The notes under the pieces: model-generated | What the model saw: only the letters and a program-made list of their open reading frames with translations | The model's database searches: none | Told to the model about the DNA's origin: nothing | Part shown: in pieces, positions 20,393 to 29,431 of the stretch | Layout of the letters: every line of letters begins with the position of its first letter | How positions within the stretch are numbered: the stretch's first letter is position 1 | Position numbers and translations under genes: made by a program | Source of the DNA: an uncultured virus (IMG/VR IMGVR_UViG_3300025066_000019) | Lineage: Duplodnaviria; Heunggongvirae; Uroviricota; Caudoviricetes | DNA length: 64,000 nucleotides | Strand: one strand, 5' to 3' | Virus record (IMG/VR): IMGVR_UViG_3300025066_000019

Positions 20393-20701
20393 ATGCCTAC
20401 CTATAACGAAATTTTGTTGCAAGCCCAACAGGAACATGCCGAATGCGGTATTGTGGTTTCAATCGAGAACTCCCCCCCGGTTGACAATTTTATGGCAATC
20501 GAGGTTGAGACCCTCCAAAAGTGGGGTCCGATGACTATCTATAATTTCGGTATTCACTGGCGAGAATACGATATTGTGACCGATAGTTATGGCGAATCCA
20601 ACGAAAGATTGAACATTGTAACCTACGGACCAACCCCCACTATAGAGGGGGGCAAGGTTGTCGGCTATGATTTTGATTGCTACACTTGTTATGCTTCCTA
20701 A
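20393..20701 (+). CDS. Hypothetical cassette protein
   Basis: AAGGAG RBS; TAA begins repeat 4. Confidence 0.7.
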   Translation: MPTYNEILLQAQQEHAECGIVVSIENSPPVDNFMAIEVETLQKWGPMTIYNFGIHWREYDIVTDSYGESNERLNIVTYGPTPTIEGGKVVGYDFDCYTCYAS

Positions 20702-20789
20702 CCCCCCGAAAGAGGGAGACGCTGAATGAGAGCCCCCCGCTGGGGGGGTTCGACTTACAGTTTCTTTTTCCCCTACTAGAGAGGTAGTC

Positions 20790-20927
20790 ATGGACCCCTA
20801 CAAATTACTATGTCAATTACTGGAACATTTCGAGGCAGAATTCAGAAACCCCTCCAATGGGGTATCTTACAAGTGTGCCTTGATGCTAGGAATTGAAGCA
20901 TTGAAGCGTATCAGACCCTTTATGTAA
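20790..20927 (+). CDS. Hypothetical 45-aa cassette protein
   Basis: GAGGT RBS after repeat 4; MDPYKLLCQLL...; followed by terminator. Confidence 0.55.
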   Translation: MDPYKLLCQLLEHFEAEFRNPSNGVSYKCALMLGIEALKRIRPFM

Positions 20928-20942
20928 CCCCCCAAATGGAAA

Positions 20943-20975
20943 AGGCCTCACCCCTCTGGGGTGGGGTCTTTTTTT
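20943..20975 (+). terminator. Intrinsic terminator ending cassette array
   Basis: AGGCCTCACCCC-TCT-GGGGTGGGGTCT + T tract. Confidence 0.8.
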
Positions 20976-21089
20976 ATGCACTGGCCCTGACTCCCCACCT
21001 ATGGGTGGGTGTACTACCCCACCTAACCCCGTCGCACCCGCACCCCCAAAAGGAGGGGGCAAAAACCTGCCCCTCTCCCTGACTCCCTA

Positions 21090-21275
21090 CTATCGAGGGG
21101 GGAGCGAACCCCCTGAGCCATGATATGCCAATCGACCAAAATAAAATTCCTCGGATTTTACTTCCACCCTCACATCGGGGGAGGGGGTATAAGCAAGCGA
21201 CAAAGTGGCGGGGGTAGCACAACCCCCCGAAAGAAGTATAGCCGAACAGATGAGCATTGCAAGTAAAATTCGCAT
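21090..21275 (-). CDS. Small putative lipoprotein
   Basis: MRILLAMLICSAILLSGG-C signal/lipobox-like start; AAGGA RBS. Confidence 0.5.
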   Translation of the reverse strand: MRILLAMLICSAILLSGGCATPATLSLAYTPSPDVRVEVKSEEFYFGRLAYHGSGGSLPPR

Positions 21276-22261
21276 TTTCGTTTTCCTTGTGTGAGTTGAT
21301 TACCTTCCTACTTATATCATCGACAATCGAGAGGGAAAGCATTAGGGAATATCAAAAAATTTTGGATGGGCTCTGACTCCCCCACTCTGGGTGGTATCCT
21401 CGGCACTTGTGCATAAATGCCTAGGAAACGTAACTGGCTCCCCCACTCTGGGTGGTATCACCTAACCCAACAATTTCGCTCGGGGGGTGTGGGGTGCCAC
21501 CATACCCCAGAGGAGGGGGTTCGGCTCTTACTGGCTGACTCCCCCCTTGTGGGTATCATATTATTCTAATGGTGGGGGTTGACAGAATGACGACGATATG
21601 CTTTACCCATACTGATGGGGGGTGCGTTCGCACTGGCTCTGACTCCCCCCTTTTGGGTGTGTGTACCACCCAATATAGGGGGCTCACACCATAACGACAG
21701 CCAGCGAAAACGACGCCCTGACTCCCCCCTTGTGGGGAGTACCAGCTAACCCAACAATTTCGTCCAATGGGGGGTGGGGTGACCCCCATCCCAATGGTGG
21801 GGTATTGACAGAATGACGACCATTTGCTATAATATAGGCACAAGAGGGGGGGAAGAGGGGTTGGTTAAACTGGGTCATCCTGATGGATTGGGCAGTTTCC
21901 ACCCCTTCCACCCTCGATTTGACAAAATGACGACGATTTGCTATAACTAGGGCACAAGGGAGATAGTCTGAGACACGAATAAGCAAGTGAACAAGATGAT
22001 GATGTGCGAGGTCTCACGCCTCGGGGTCGCTTCTTTCTTTACAATTACCGCACGCTCTCGTCCTAGGCGGGATGACGCTGACGGAACCTTGGAAAGAATG
22101 AGCCCAGCATGTGAGAAAGATTGCACAAAGTCTGACGGGAATACAACACGAGCCAAAGTAGTCAAAATGGGTAAGATGGCCATCCCCATAAAAAACGAAA
22201 CCGCCTTGTTTGACCCGTCTGTTTGCTGTTTTTACAATTTCATTTTCGGGAGAAAATCAAG

Positions 22262-22474
22262 ATGCCTGCGAAACTCAAGAGTCAGTTTGTACCCGCCCGC
22301 CGCGAAACCCTCCAAATGGGGGACACGGTTCGACGAGTCCTGGCAGACGGAAGTCTGTCGGCCCCCCTAGCAGTGGGGCGTGAAGACGGGAAGTTCGCTC
22401 TGGTTACAGAGCACGGTTTGAAGTTCGCTTACCCCCGACATGGGGGGCTTGTGAGACGACTAGTCAAAGGGTAG
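22262..22474 (+). CDS. Hypothetical protein
   Basis: GGGAGA RBS, MPAKLKSQF. Confidence 0.6.
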   Translation: MPAKLKSQFVPARRETLQMGDTVRRVLADGSLSAPLAVGREDGKFALVTEHGLKFAYPRHGGLVRRLVKG

Positions 22475-22538
22475 TCAGAACGGGGGAGGGGCACTTTTCT
22501 GTTCGGCTATAACGAAACATTTTTTGGGAGTTAAGACG

Positions 22539-22904
22539 ATGCTGCGAACAATGGACGATTTGGTCACAATTCAACGCATGTTTGAAATGACTGACGACAA
22601 GGGGCAACAACGAGCATTGCGAACAATCGCACGAACGATTTTCGATGAAGTTTTCCCCGCTGTTCCAAGTGTAATGCTGGCGAGACGACTTCCGAGTGTC
22701 GCCCCTCACACTTATTCGATGCTCGACGGAACCGACCTGCGGAAACTGTTCACCATGGAGGAAATGGAGCAGTGGGTTGACAACAAAAAAATTGGGGTCA
22801 TCAAGCTTGTTAAGAGCCGCACCGGAATGAATCTGATGGATGCCAAACATTATGTCGAAGACCACTTGAAGTTCATCCCCTATTCGGGGCAAACCACCTT
22901 TTAG
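22539..22904 (+). CDS. Protein with ribosomal L7/L12 C-terminal-like domain
   Basis: KKIGVIKLVKSRTGMNLMDAKHYVED matches the L7/L12 CTD pattern. Confidence 0.65.
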   Translation: MLRTMDDLVTIQRMFEMTDDKGQQRALRTIARTIFDEVFPAVPSVMLARRLPSVAPHTYSMLDGTDLRKLFTMEEMEQWVDNKKIGVIKLVKSRTGMNLMDAKHYVEDHLKFIPYSGQTTF

Positions 22905-22948
22905 AAGGGAGGCACGTTTTCCTCTAATTTCACCGCGAAACTAAAACC

Positions 22949-22976
22949 AGGCCCCTCGAAAGAGGGGTCTTTTTTT
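22949..22976 (+). terminator. Intrinsic terminator
   Basis: AGGCCCCTC-GAAA-GAGGGGTCT + T tract. Confidence 0.85.
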
Positions 22977-23428
22977 GTGCCTGTCGTCTGACTCCCCCCT
23001 TGCGGGGGTGTCCTACCCCACCTAGGTGGGTCGCACCAATCACAAAGCCAGCGGCCTGACTCCCCCCTTGTGGGTTGTCCCAGCCCACCCATCACTTTCG
23101 CGATTTTCTAATGGGGGGTATGGTAATAGCCAGCGGTGGGGGTTGACAAAACAAACAGAACATGGCTGACTCCCCGCCTCTGGGGGGTACTACCTAACCC
23201 TTCAATTTCCGCCGGGGGGTGGGGTGACCCCCACGCCAATGGTGGGGGGTTGACAGAATAGAGGTAAAATGCTATAATATAGGCATAAGAGGGAGGATGG
23301 GAGTCGCGGGGCTGACCCTGATGGGTAGGCCGCTCTCCCCGCCCTCGGGGGGTGTTGACAGAATAGCGTCAAGTTGCTATAATTTAGGCATCAAGGGGAG
23401 TCAAGTCAAACGCTTGGGAGAACAAGCT

Positions 23429-23731
23429 ATGAGTGAGGAAAGAACAGTCTGTTCGACGTTCCATATCGTCGAGCATCAGTATGGGAACATGCGTCTAGAG
23501 AACGAACAGGAAATCCCGCAGCACCTATTTGAAGTAACTGTGTCCGCCCCCTGGATAGGGGAGGATACAATCCACGTCTTGGCGGCATCCGAAGAGGAAG
23601 CGTCGTGTCAGGCTGATTGCAGATGGGGCATTTCGTACTACAGTATGGACAAGCTGGCCCTTGCGTCCATAACTAAAACCGTCAAGCAAATGCCGATGTT
23701 GGCAAGGGGGTGGTCTGGAATCACGTTCTAA
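23429..23731 (+). CDS. Hypothetical protein
   Basis: GGGAGA RBS after tandem promoters. Confidence 0.65.
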   Translation: MSEERTVCSTFHIVEHQYGNMRLENEQEIPQHLFEVTVSAPWIGEDTIHVLAASEEEASCQADCRWGISYYSMDKLALASITKTVKQMPMLARGWSGITF

Positions 23732-23879
23732 AATGGGAATGAGTTGACCCACTCGACGATTAGCAAGGTCTAACGTGACCAAAATCCAACACCCCCCAAT
23801 ATGCCTATGGCCTGGGGGTGAGGTGAGGTCAGAACCGCCTAGCTCGGTTTGCACGTAAGCTGGTCGTTTTCCGTTTAAC

Positions 23880-23915
23880 GCCCGTATCAGGTAAATTCCT
23901 GGTGCGGGTTTTTTT
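23880..23915 (+). terminator. Intrinsic terminator
   Basis: CCCGTATCAGG-TAAATT-CCTGGTGCGGG + T tract. Confidence 0.8.
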
Positions 23916-24260
23916 GCGTACTTCTGGCTCCCCCCTTTTGGGTGTGTGTAACACCCAATCTGGGTGGCTCGCACCTATAAGCATAGCCAGCGGCCTGACT
24001 CCCCCCCAACGGGGAGTACCACCTAACCCAACAATTTCGTCTTTCGGGGGGTGGGGTGACCCCCATACAACATGGGGGGTATTGACAGAATGAAGGGTAA
24101 ATGCTACAATATAGGCATAAGAGGGGGGTGGGACGGGAGACGGGGCTGACCCTGATGGGTAGACCTCTCCCCCCTATCCTCGGGGTGTTGACAGAACAGA
24201 GTCGAAATGCTATAAATGAGGTATCAAGGGGAGTCACTAGTCTTAGTCTGGGAGAAAGTC

Positions 24261-24527
24261 ATGGAAATGACCTTAGGACGTTTTTTACACCAAATGGGGG
24301 GTCACACCGGAATGGGATGTGGCTATCTAGTCCCCGCCTGTGGGGGGGATGAGAACCCCACGATGTTCACATCACCGTGTGGCATGTGGAAAGAATGGCT
24401 GCTATACATGTGGAACGTCCGAACGGGCGACCATGTGTGGGTAGACCTTAAGGGTCGGGAATTTCGCCTACCTGAGGACGTTTTCAAGTCAGGTCAGGTC
24501 ACTAGCGGGGGGTTTGTAAACGAGTAA
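24261..24527 (+). CDS. Hypothetical protein
   Basis: GGGAGA RBS after tandem promoters. Confidence 0.6.
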   Translation: MEMTLGRFLHQMGGHTGMGCGYLVPACGGDENPTMFTSPCGMWKEWLLYMWNVRTGDHVWVDLKGREFRLPEDVFKSGQVTSGGFVNE

Positions 24528-24747
24528 AGCCGAAAAGTCAAGGTCACCAATATACCGGGTGAAAACTAGTTGAGTAGCCCGGTATACTGACCTATGGTTA
24601 ATCCCGTCTCGCTTCTTCTAAACGCCTTTGAGCTATTAGGATGCTTGGCAATGACAAGCGATGTTGGTGTAAGTCCAACTCGGGACGGATATACCGATTT
24701 GACAAAATGAGGGGATAATGTTACAATCTAGTCATGGGAGAAACAGT

Positions 24748-25050
24748 ATGTGTGACGACAAATCAGTGATTAAGGAAGATAGGGAACCGGGTTGGCGTGG
24801 CAGCGAGCATGTTATCGTGACATGCGACTGTGGGCAGAAAATCAAGCGGTACGCCGATGAGAACGGCGAATATTACCACAATACGGTTTGCCCGCGATGT
24901 GACCGTACCTCTTCTGGGGGGAACTATCGCACCGGGGTGCTGTCTGCTGGTTGGATGAGCCGGTCGGCTGTTGATTCAAGTCAACGGGAGTATGAGCGTC
25001 AGATGTTTGATTCTGATATGAACCAGATGTATGGAAGGGGGAATTGGTAA
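24748..25050 (+). CDS. Hypothetical zinc-ribbon protein
   Basis: GGGAGA RBS; CDCG and CPRC. Confidence 0.65.
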   Translation: MCDDKSVIKEDREPGWRGSEHVIVTCDCGQKIKRYADENGEYYHNTVCPRCDRTSSGGNYRTGVLSAGWMSRSAVDSSQREYERQMFDSDMNQMYGRGNW

Positions 25051-25206
25051 ATGGACATGAGAGGATGGCGAGTTTACCTAAACAGGCGACTAATCGACAT
25101 TGTGTTTTATCGTTCTAAATACAGTGCCGAATACGTCAAAGAATCCCTAATCGAACATGATGGGTACAATCCCGATATTCATGTGATGTTGGACAGAGCA
25201 ATATAA
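25051..25206 (+). CDS. Small hypothetical protein
   Basis: Abuts previous stop; WRVYLN..LIDIVFY...SLIEHDGY. Confidence 0.55.
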   Translation: MDMRGWRVYLNRRLIDIVFYRSKYSAEYVKESLIEHDGYNPDIHVMLDRAI

Positions 25207-25727
25207 CCTCAGAAAAGGAGCATTATGGATTTGACAATTAATTTAGAGCCATGGGCGGCGGCTGTGCTGTTCCTGGTAATCGCCTGGGCGGTTGGCGTCA
25301 CCGCCTTCGCCTTTGTGGAAAAATGAAATTCTCCCCGCCCTGTCTAGGTCTCCCACCTAGTCGGGGCTTTTTTGCGTACACGCCTGACTCCCCTCCTTTG
25401 GGGGCGTGTCGCACCCAATCTGGGTGGGTCGCACTATAAAGAAAGCCAGCGGCCTGACTCCCTCCTAACAGGGGGTCTTACCTAAACTAACAATTTCGCC
25501 AAATGGGGGGTAGGGGGTTCCTCCATAGCTCAGAGGAGGGGGGTTGACAGAATGAGGGTTAAATGGTACAATTAGGGCATAAGAGGGAAGGGGACGGGAA
25601 ACGCGAGGCTGACCCTGATGGGTAGCTCGCTTCCCCCCTGACCGAAGGGTGTTGACAGAATGATGACGGAATGGTATAAATGGGGCATAAGAGGGGAAGT
25701 CACAAGTCACTTGTTTGGGAGAACATT

Positions 25728-26024
25728 ATGAGTAGTCGCGTGATGGATGCTATCGACACCGTGGAAAAACGGTTGACGGGGAAAATGACACCTGAGGAGC
25801 TAAATGTTGCCTCCAAGTCGCTCAATATCGACTTTCAGGATATGTGCGAATTTCAGGAAATAAAAAGTCTGGCAGTTGCCAACGGGATTCTTACTCCTCA
25901 AGAGGGGTCTGAAATCTACTGTCGAGTGGGGCATAGTCCCAAGACGTTCAACAATCAGCCCTTTTGCGTGAAGTACGGAATTACGGCTATCATTGCGAGC
26001 GTGAGCAAGCAGTTGACAAAATAA
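25728..26024 (+). CDS. Hypothetical protein
   Basis: GGGAGA RBS. Confidence 0.65.
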   Translation: MSSRVMDAIDTVEKRLTGKMTPEELNVASKSLNIDFQDMCEFQEIKSLAVANGILTPQEGSEIYCRVGHSPKTFNNQPFCVKYGITAIIASVSKQLTK

Positions 26025-26083
26025 CGGGGAAGTGTTACAATCTGGGTATCAAGTCACAAGTCACTTTGTTCGGGAGAAACAAA

Positions 26084-26668
26084 ATGGAAGGTACAAGTCA
26101 CAGCGGCTACCTACGAGATATGTTTGCGTCACCGGCTGCACTGTATGAGGCAGTCGAATACCTGAAGGACGTTATCGAGGAGCAAGCGATTGAATTCGAT
26201 GCCATCGTCGTTCGGGGGGTGTCGGGGGCAGTCATCGGGGGGGCTTTAAGTCTGGCCCTGAGGAAACAGTTGACGGTAGTCCGCAAGAGGGGGGTGGATT
26301 GCCACTCCGAAATCGTGGGCCAATGTGAGGGGTTGTTACACGCCCCCCACAAGTACCTGATAGTTGACGATTTTGTGGCAACGGGTAAAACACTCGCCCA
26401 CATCGTCGCAGAAGTGGGGCTAGGGAATGCGATGGCTGAGTGTGTCGGCTTTATTCCCTACCACAACGATTATCGGGATGGGGAAGTTCGGGATTTGAAC
26501 CAAGCCACGCATCGGCTTATGCAAGCGGCGATGGCTGGCAAGTTTGACCCTACGGATGGGAGTGTTGACGACGATTGGGATAGGGCTTGGCACGCTGGGG
26601 AAGCGGAACGCTTTGAGGAGTATCTCCGCAAGGCTGGTGCATTACTAGAGGAGGAACCAACAGAATGA
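26084..26668 (+). CDS. Phosphoribosyltransferase-domain protein
   Basis: PRPP-binding loop YLIVDDFVATGKTL; RGVSG and VVRK motifs. Confidence 0.85.
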   Translation: MEGTSHSGYLRDMFASPAALYEAVEYLKDVIEEQAIEFDAIVVRGVSGAVIGGALSLALRKQLTVVRKRGVDCHSEIVGQCEGLLHAPHKYLIVDDFVATGKTLAHIVAEVGLGNAMAECVGFIPYHNDYRDGEVRDLNQATHRLMQAAMAGKFDPTDGSVDDDWDRAWHAGEAERFEEYLRKAGALLEEEPTE

Positions 26669-27336
26669 TGTTTTACAAAGTGGGGGGTTGCGTCCGTGAT
26701 GAAATCATGGGCGTCAACTCCAAGGATATTGACTACACTGTAGTCGGTGAATCGTTTGAAGCGATGAAATTAGAAATTGAGAATCGAGGGGGTCAAATCT
26801 TCCTTGAGAAACCTGAATTTCTAACCATTCGAGCGAAAGTCCCCGGTATGGGGGCGTGTGATTTTGTTCTAGCCCGTCAGGATGGTGACTATAGCGATGG
26901 TCGCCACCCCGAAAGGGTGGAGCCAGGAACTCTTGAAGATGACTTGGCCCGTCGTGACTTCACGATGAACGCAATCGCCCAAGGGGAAAACGGTGGAATC
27001 ATCGACCCCTACGGTGGGCGGTTTGATATTGCCCGCAGGGTAATCGTGGCAGTCGGGAATCCTTACGACCGATTCAAAGAGGACTATCTAAGGATGTTGC
27101 GGGCTGTACGGTTTGCAATCACCAAGGATATGAAACTATCGCAGGACGTTAATGACGCTATCGTAGTGTTAAGGCGTCACATCAGCGAGGTAAGTGTCGA
27201 GCGAATCCGCGAGGAATTGTACAAGGCATTTATGCACGACACTTTGAAAACTATCGCTCTACTGAGCGAATTGAAACTACTTGAGGAGGTGTTTGATAAA
27301 ACTCCCCTCAGGTTAAAACCTACTTTGGAATCCTGA
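26665..27336 (+). CDS. cca: tRNA nucleotidyltransferase (CCA-adding/poly(A) polymerase family, short form)
   Basis: VGGCVRD, KDIDY, DLARRDFTMNAIA, EDYLRMLRAVRF, ERIREEL; no HD domain. Confidence 0.9.
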   Translation: MMFYKVGGCVRDEIMGVNSKDIDYTVVGESFEAMKLEIENRGGQIFLEKPEFLTIRAKVPGMGACDFVLARQDGDYSDGRHPERVEPGTLEDDLARRDFTMNAIAQGENGGIIDPYGGRFDIARRVIVAVGNPYDRFKEDYLRMLRAVRFAITKDMKLSQDVNDAIVVLRRHISEVSVERIREELYKAFMHDTLKTIALLSELKLLEEVFDKTPLRLKPTLES

Positions 27337-28251
27337 GAGATTCTCCCCGCCCTGCTTGGTTCTCCCGCCAAGTGGGGCTTTTTTCGTGGGCGTCTGACTC
27401 CCCCCTCGTGGGGGGATGTCCCACCCCACCTAGGTGGGTCGCACCAATCGCACTAAGCACAAAGCCAGCGGTTGACTCCCCCCTTCTGGGGTGTCCTACC
27501 CCACCCATCAATTTCGGTTTTTTCCGAATGGGGGGTATGGTGGTAGCCACATGGGGGGTTGACAGGATGAATGAAATATGGTTGGCTCCCCCCTTCTGGG
27601 TGTAAGCTAAATCCGAACGGGGGTGTAAGGAAAAACCACATGGGGGGCACCCGAATGGATTTAACTAACAGACCAAAGGAGGGGGTACGGTATACGCTGA
27701 CTCCCCCCCTCTGGGTTGTCCCAGCCCACCCATCAATTTCGGTCGGGGGGTGGGGTGACCCCCATCCAATGAGAGGGGTGTTGACAGAATGGGGGCTAAA
27801 TGCTATAATAGGGGCATAAGAGGGAAGGGCAGAGCAGAGCGAACCGAACAGGTTGCCTGCCCCCTACCTCGGGGGTGTTGACAGAATGACGACGATTTGG
27901 TATAAATGAGTCATACAAGGGAGGACACGACCAGTGGAGCACTGAAAGGGGACCGGATGAACCCCCTGGAATAGGTGGAAAGTCGGATAGGCCACTACTA
28001 TGTCTAGAAACTAAGTCAGCAACAATGGGAGGACGGGCCAATGGGCTACTAAAAGGGGACCGATATACACCCCTGGGATGGCTGAAGTCGGATAAGCCGG
28101 ATGACTTGACAGAATGACGACCAGATGTTATAATTTTCTACAGAGCCCATCGGATGAGAACCGACCCTGGCAACTACCCCCTGATAGGGGGAGCGGTTAG
28201 ACAGTATGTCCTTTCGGCTCTAATTTGACAAAACAAGGGAGAGATGATACA

Positions 28252-28437
28252 ATGGGAGAACAAGCGAAAAAGGTCTATGTCATCTTGAATACGACCGAAT
28301 ATAGCACGACAATTGCTCAGTGTTACACTGACCCCAGAACCGCTATCCATATGCTCAACGTGTTCAACGAGAAAGCAAGGAAAGGCCAGACGTACAAGAT
28401 ACATATTGAAAGGCTCAACGAGCGAGTCACAGTTTGA
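28252..28437 (+). CDS. Hypothetical protein
   Basis: GGGAG RBS within promoter spacer. Confidence 0.6.
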   Translation: MGEQAKKVYVILNTTEYSTTIAQCYTDPRTAIHMLNVFNEKARKGQTYKIHIERLNERVTV

Positions 28438-28460
28438 CAAAACAAGGGAGAGATGCTACA

Positions 28461-28667
28461 ATGTTCAAGTACCAAGTTATTGTGGGGAATGTGGGAACCG
28501 TCTACGATGGTGACGGTTATCACGAGTCTCTGGAAATTTACAGCCACTACAAAAAAGCATCAAAGTCTGGTGTTGGTCGTGCAAGTGGGGAGGATGTCGC
28601 CCTAGTCGTTGACGGTGACATTAGGTTTGAAACTTTAGGGAGCAATTACCATGACGCCAATCACTAA
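28461..28667 (+). CDS. Hypothetical protein
   Basis: YQVIVGNVGTVYDG; RBS within promoter spacer. Confidence 0.65.
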   Translation: MFKYQVIVGNVGTVYDGDGYHESLEIYSHYKKASKSGVGRASGEDVALVVDGDIRFETLGSNYHDANH

Positions 28668-28884
28668 GCGTGAGCCCCCAGTGGGGTATCAAGAGGAATG
28701 GGATAGCACCACCTGGAACATGGGCTTTGTATTCCGGTGGTCTGAATTCTACGAAGCGTGGCTAGATTGTGGAATCGTCTTGACGGTTAAGCCGGGACAA
28801 ACACTAGCCGAAGCGTTTGAAGTCCGTATGGACGAACCGATGTGGAAACAGTACAGTATTTTCTTCAATGTTGACAAATCATAG
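28651..28884 (+). CDS. Hypothetical protein
   Basis: GGGAG RBS, overlapping ORF. Confidence 0.6.
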   Translation: MTPITKREPPVGYQEEWDSTTWNMGFVFRWSEFYEAWLDCGIVLTVKPGQTLAEAFEVRMDEPMWKQYSIFFNVDKS

Positions 28885-28897
28885 GGAGTATGCTATA

Positions 28898-29179
28898 ATG
28901 GGACAAACAGCAAAAGTCAGAGGCGTGGCGACTAGCATTCGTACAGCCGACAAGGTAACGTCCATCAGATACCACAATACCGATGTGGTGGAATTCAGCG
29001 ACAAGGAAATTATCCTCAACAGTGGGGGGTGGCAAACTGCCACAACTAAAACCCGCATGAACCAAGCGGCTAACCAGTTCGACTTGGGGTACACTGTCTA
29101 CCAGACTAAGGGGGAATGGTTTGTGGGGTACAAGGGGAAAGATTTGAAGTTTACGGACAAAATGATTTTGGAGAGATAG
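28898..29179 (+). CDS. Hypothetical protein
   Basis: YHNTDVV...LNSGGWQTATTKTRMNQ; RBS in promoter spacer. Confidence 0.7.
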   Translation: MGQTAKVRGVATSIRTADKVTSIRYHNTDVVEFSDKEIILNSGGWQTATTKTRMNQAANQFDLGYTVYQTKGEWFVGYKGKDLKFTDKMILER

Positions 29180-29227
29180 GAAAGTGTTTTCCTGTCAGTT
29201 TACATTTTTTTGAGGGAGTGTTGAGTT

Positions 29228-29431
29228 ATGCGTCAGACAAGCATTTTGATTGAGAATTGTGTTCCTGGTGATTCGATTACCGGAATGGGCAAAGTCATCT
29301 CGGTTCAGCGTTACAATGGGGCACAGAATCGTGTCCTCTTGACAACCACCACTTTGGGGACCGTTCGACGGCTCAAAGGGACAAGGTTGAAAGTCAATCG
29401 TCCGAAGTACAATCGTTCGACGGTTAAGTAA
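29228..29431 (+). CDS. Hypothetical basic protein
   Basis: GAGGGAG RBS. Confidence 0.6.
   Translation: MRQTSILIENCVPGDSITGMGKVISVQRYNGAQNRVLLTTTTLGTVRRLKGTRLKVNRPKYNRSTVK

Larger units (their letters stand above)
19613..20773 (+). repeat. Four ~75-bp intergenic hairpin repeats separating small genes
   Basis: Copies at 19613-19691, 19917-19991, 20300-20376, 20699-20773: TAACCCCC..GAGACGCTGAATGAGAGCCCCC-loop-GGGGGTTCGACTTACAGTTTCTTTTT. Confidence 0.95.

Noticed and set aside
19613..20773. CRISPR array
   Set aside because: Repeats are ~75 bp and separated by 225-325 bp of RBS-led ORFs; no cas genes in the window
19613..20773. Integron attC sites
   Set aside because: Repeats start with TAAC but lack a matching GTTRRRY end, and no integron integrase is present
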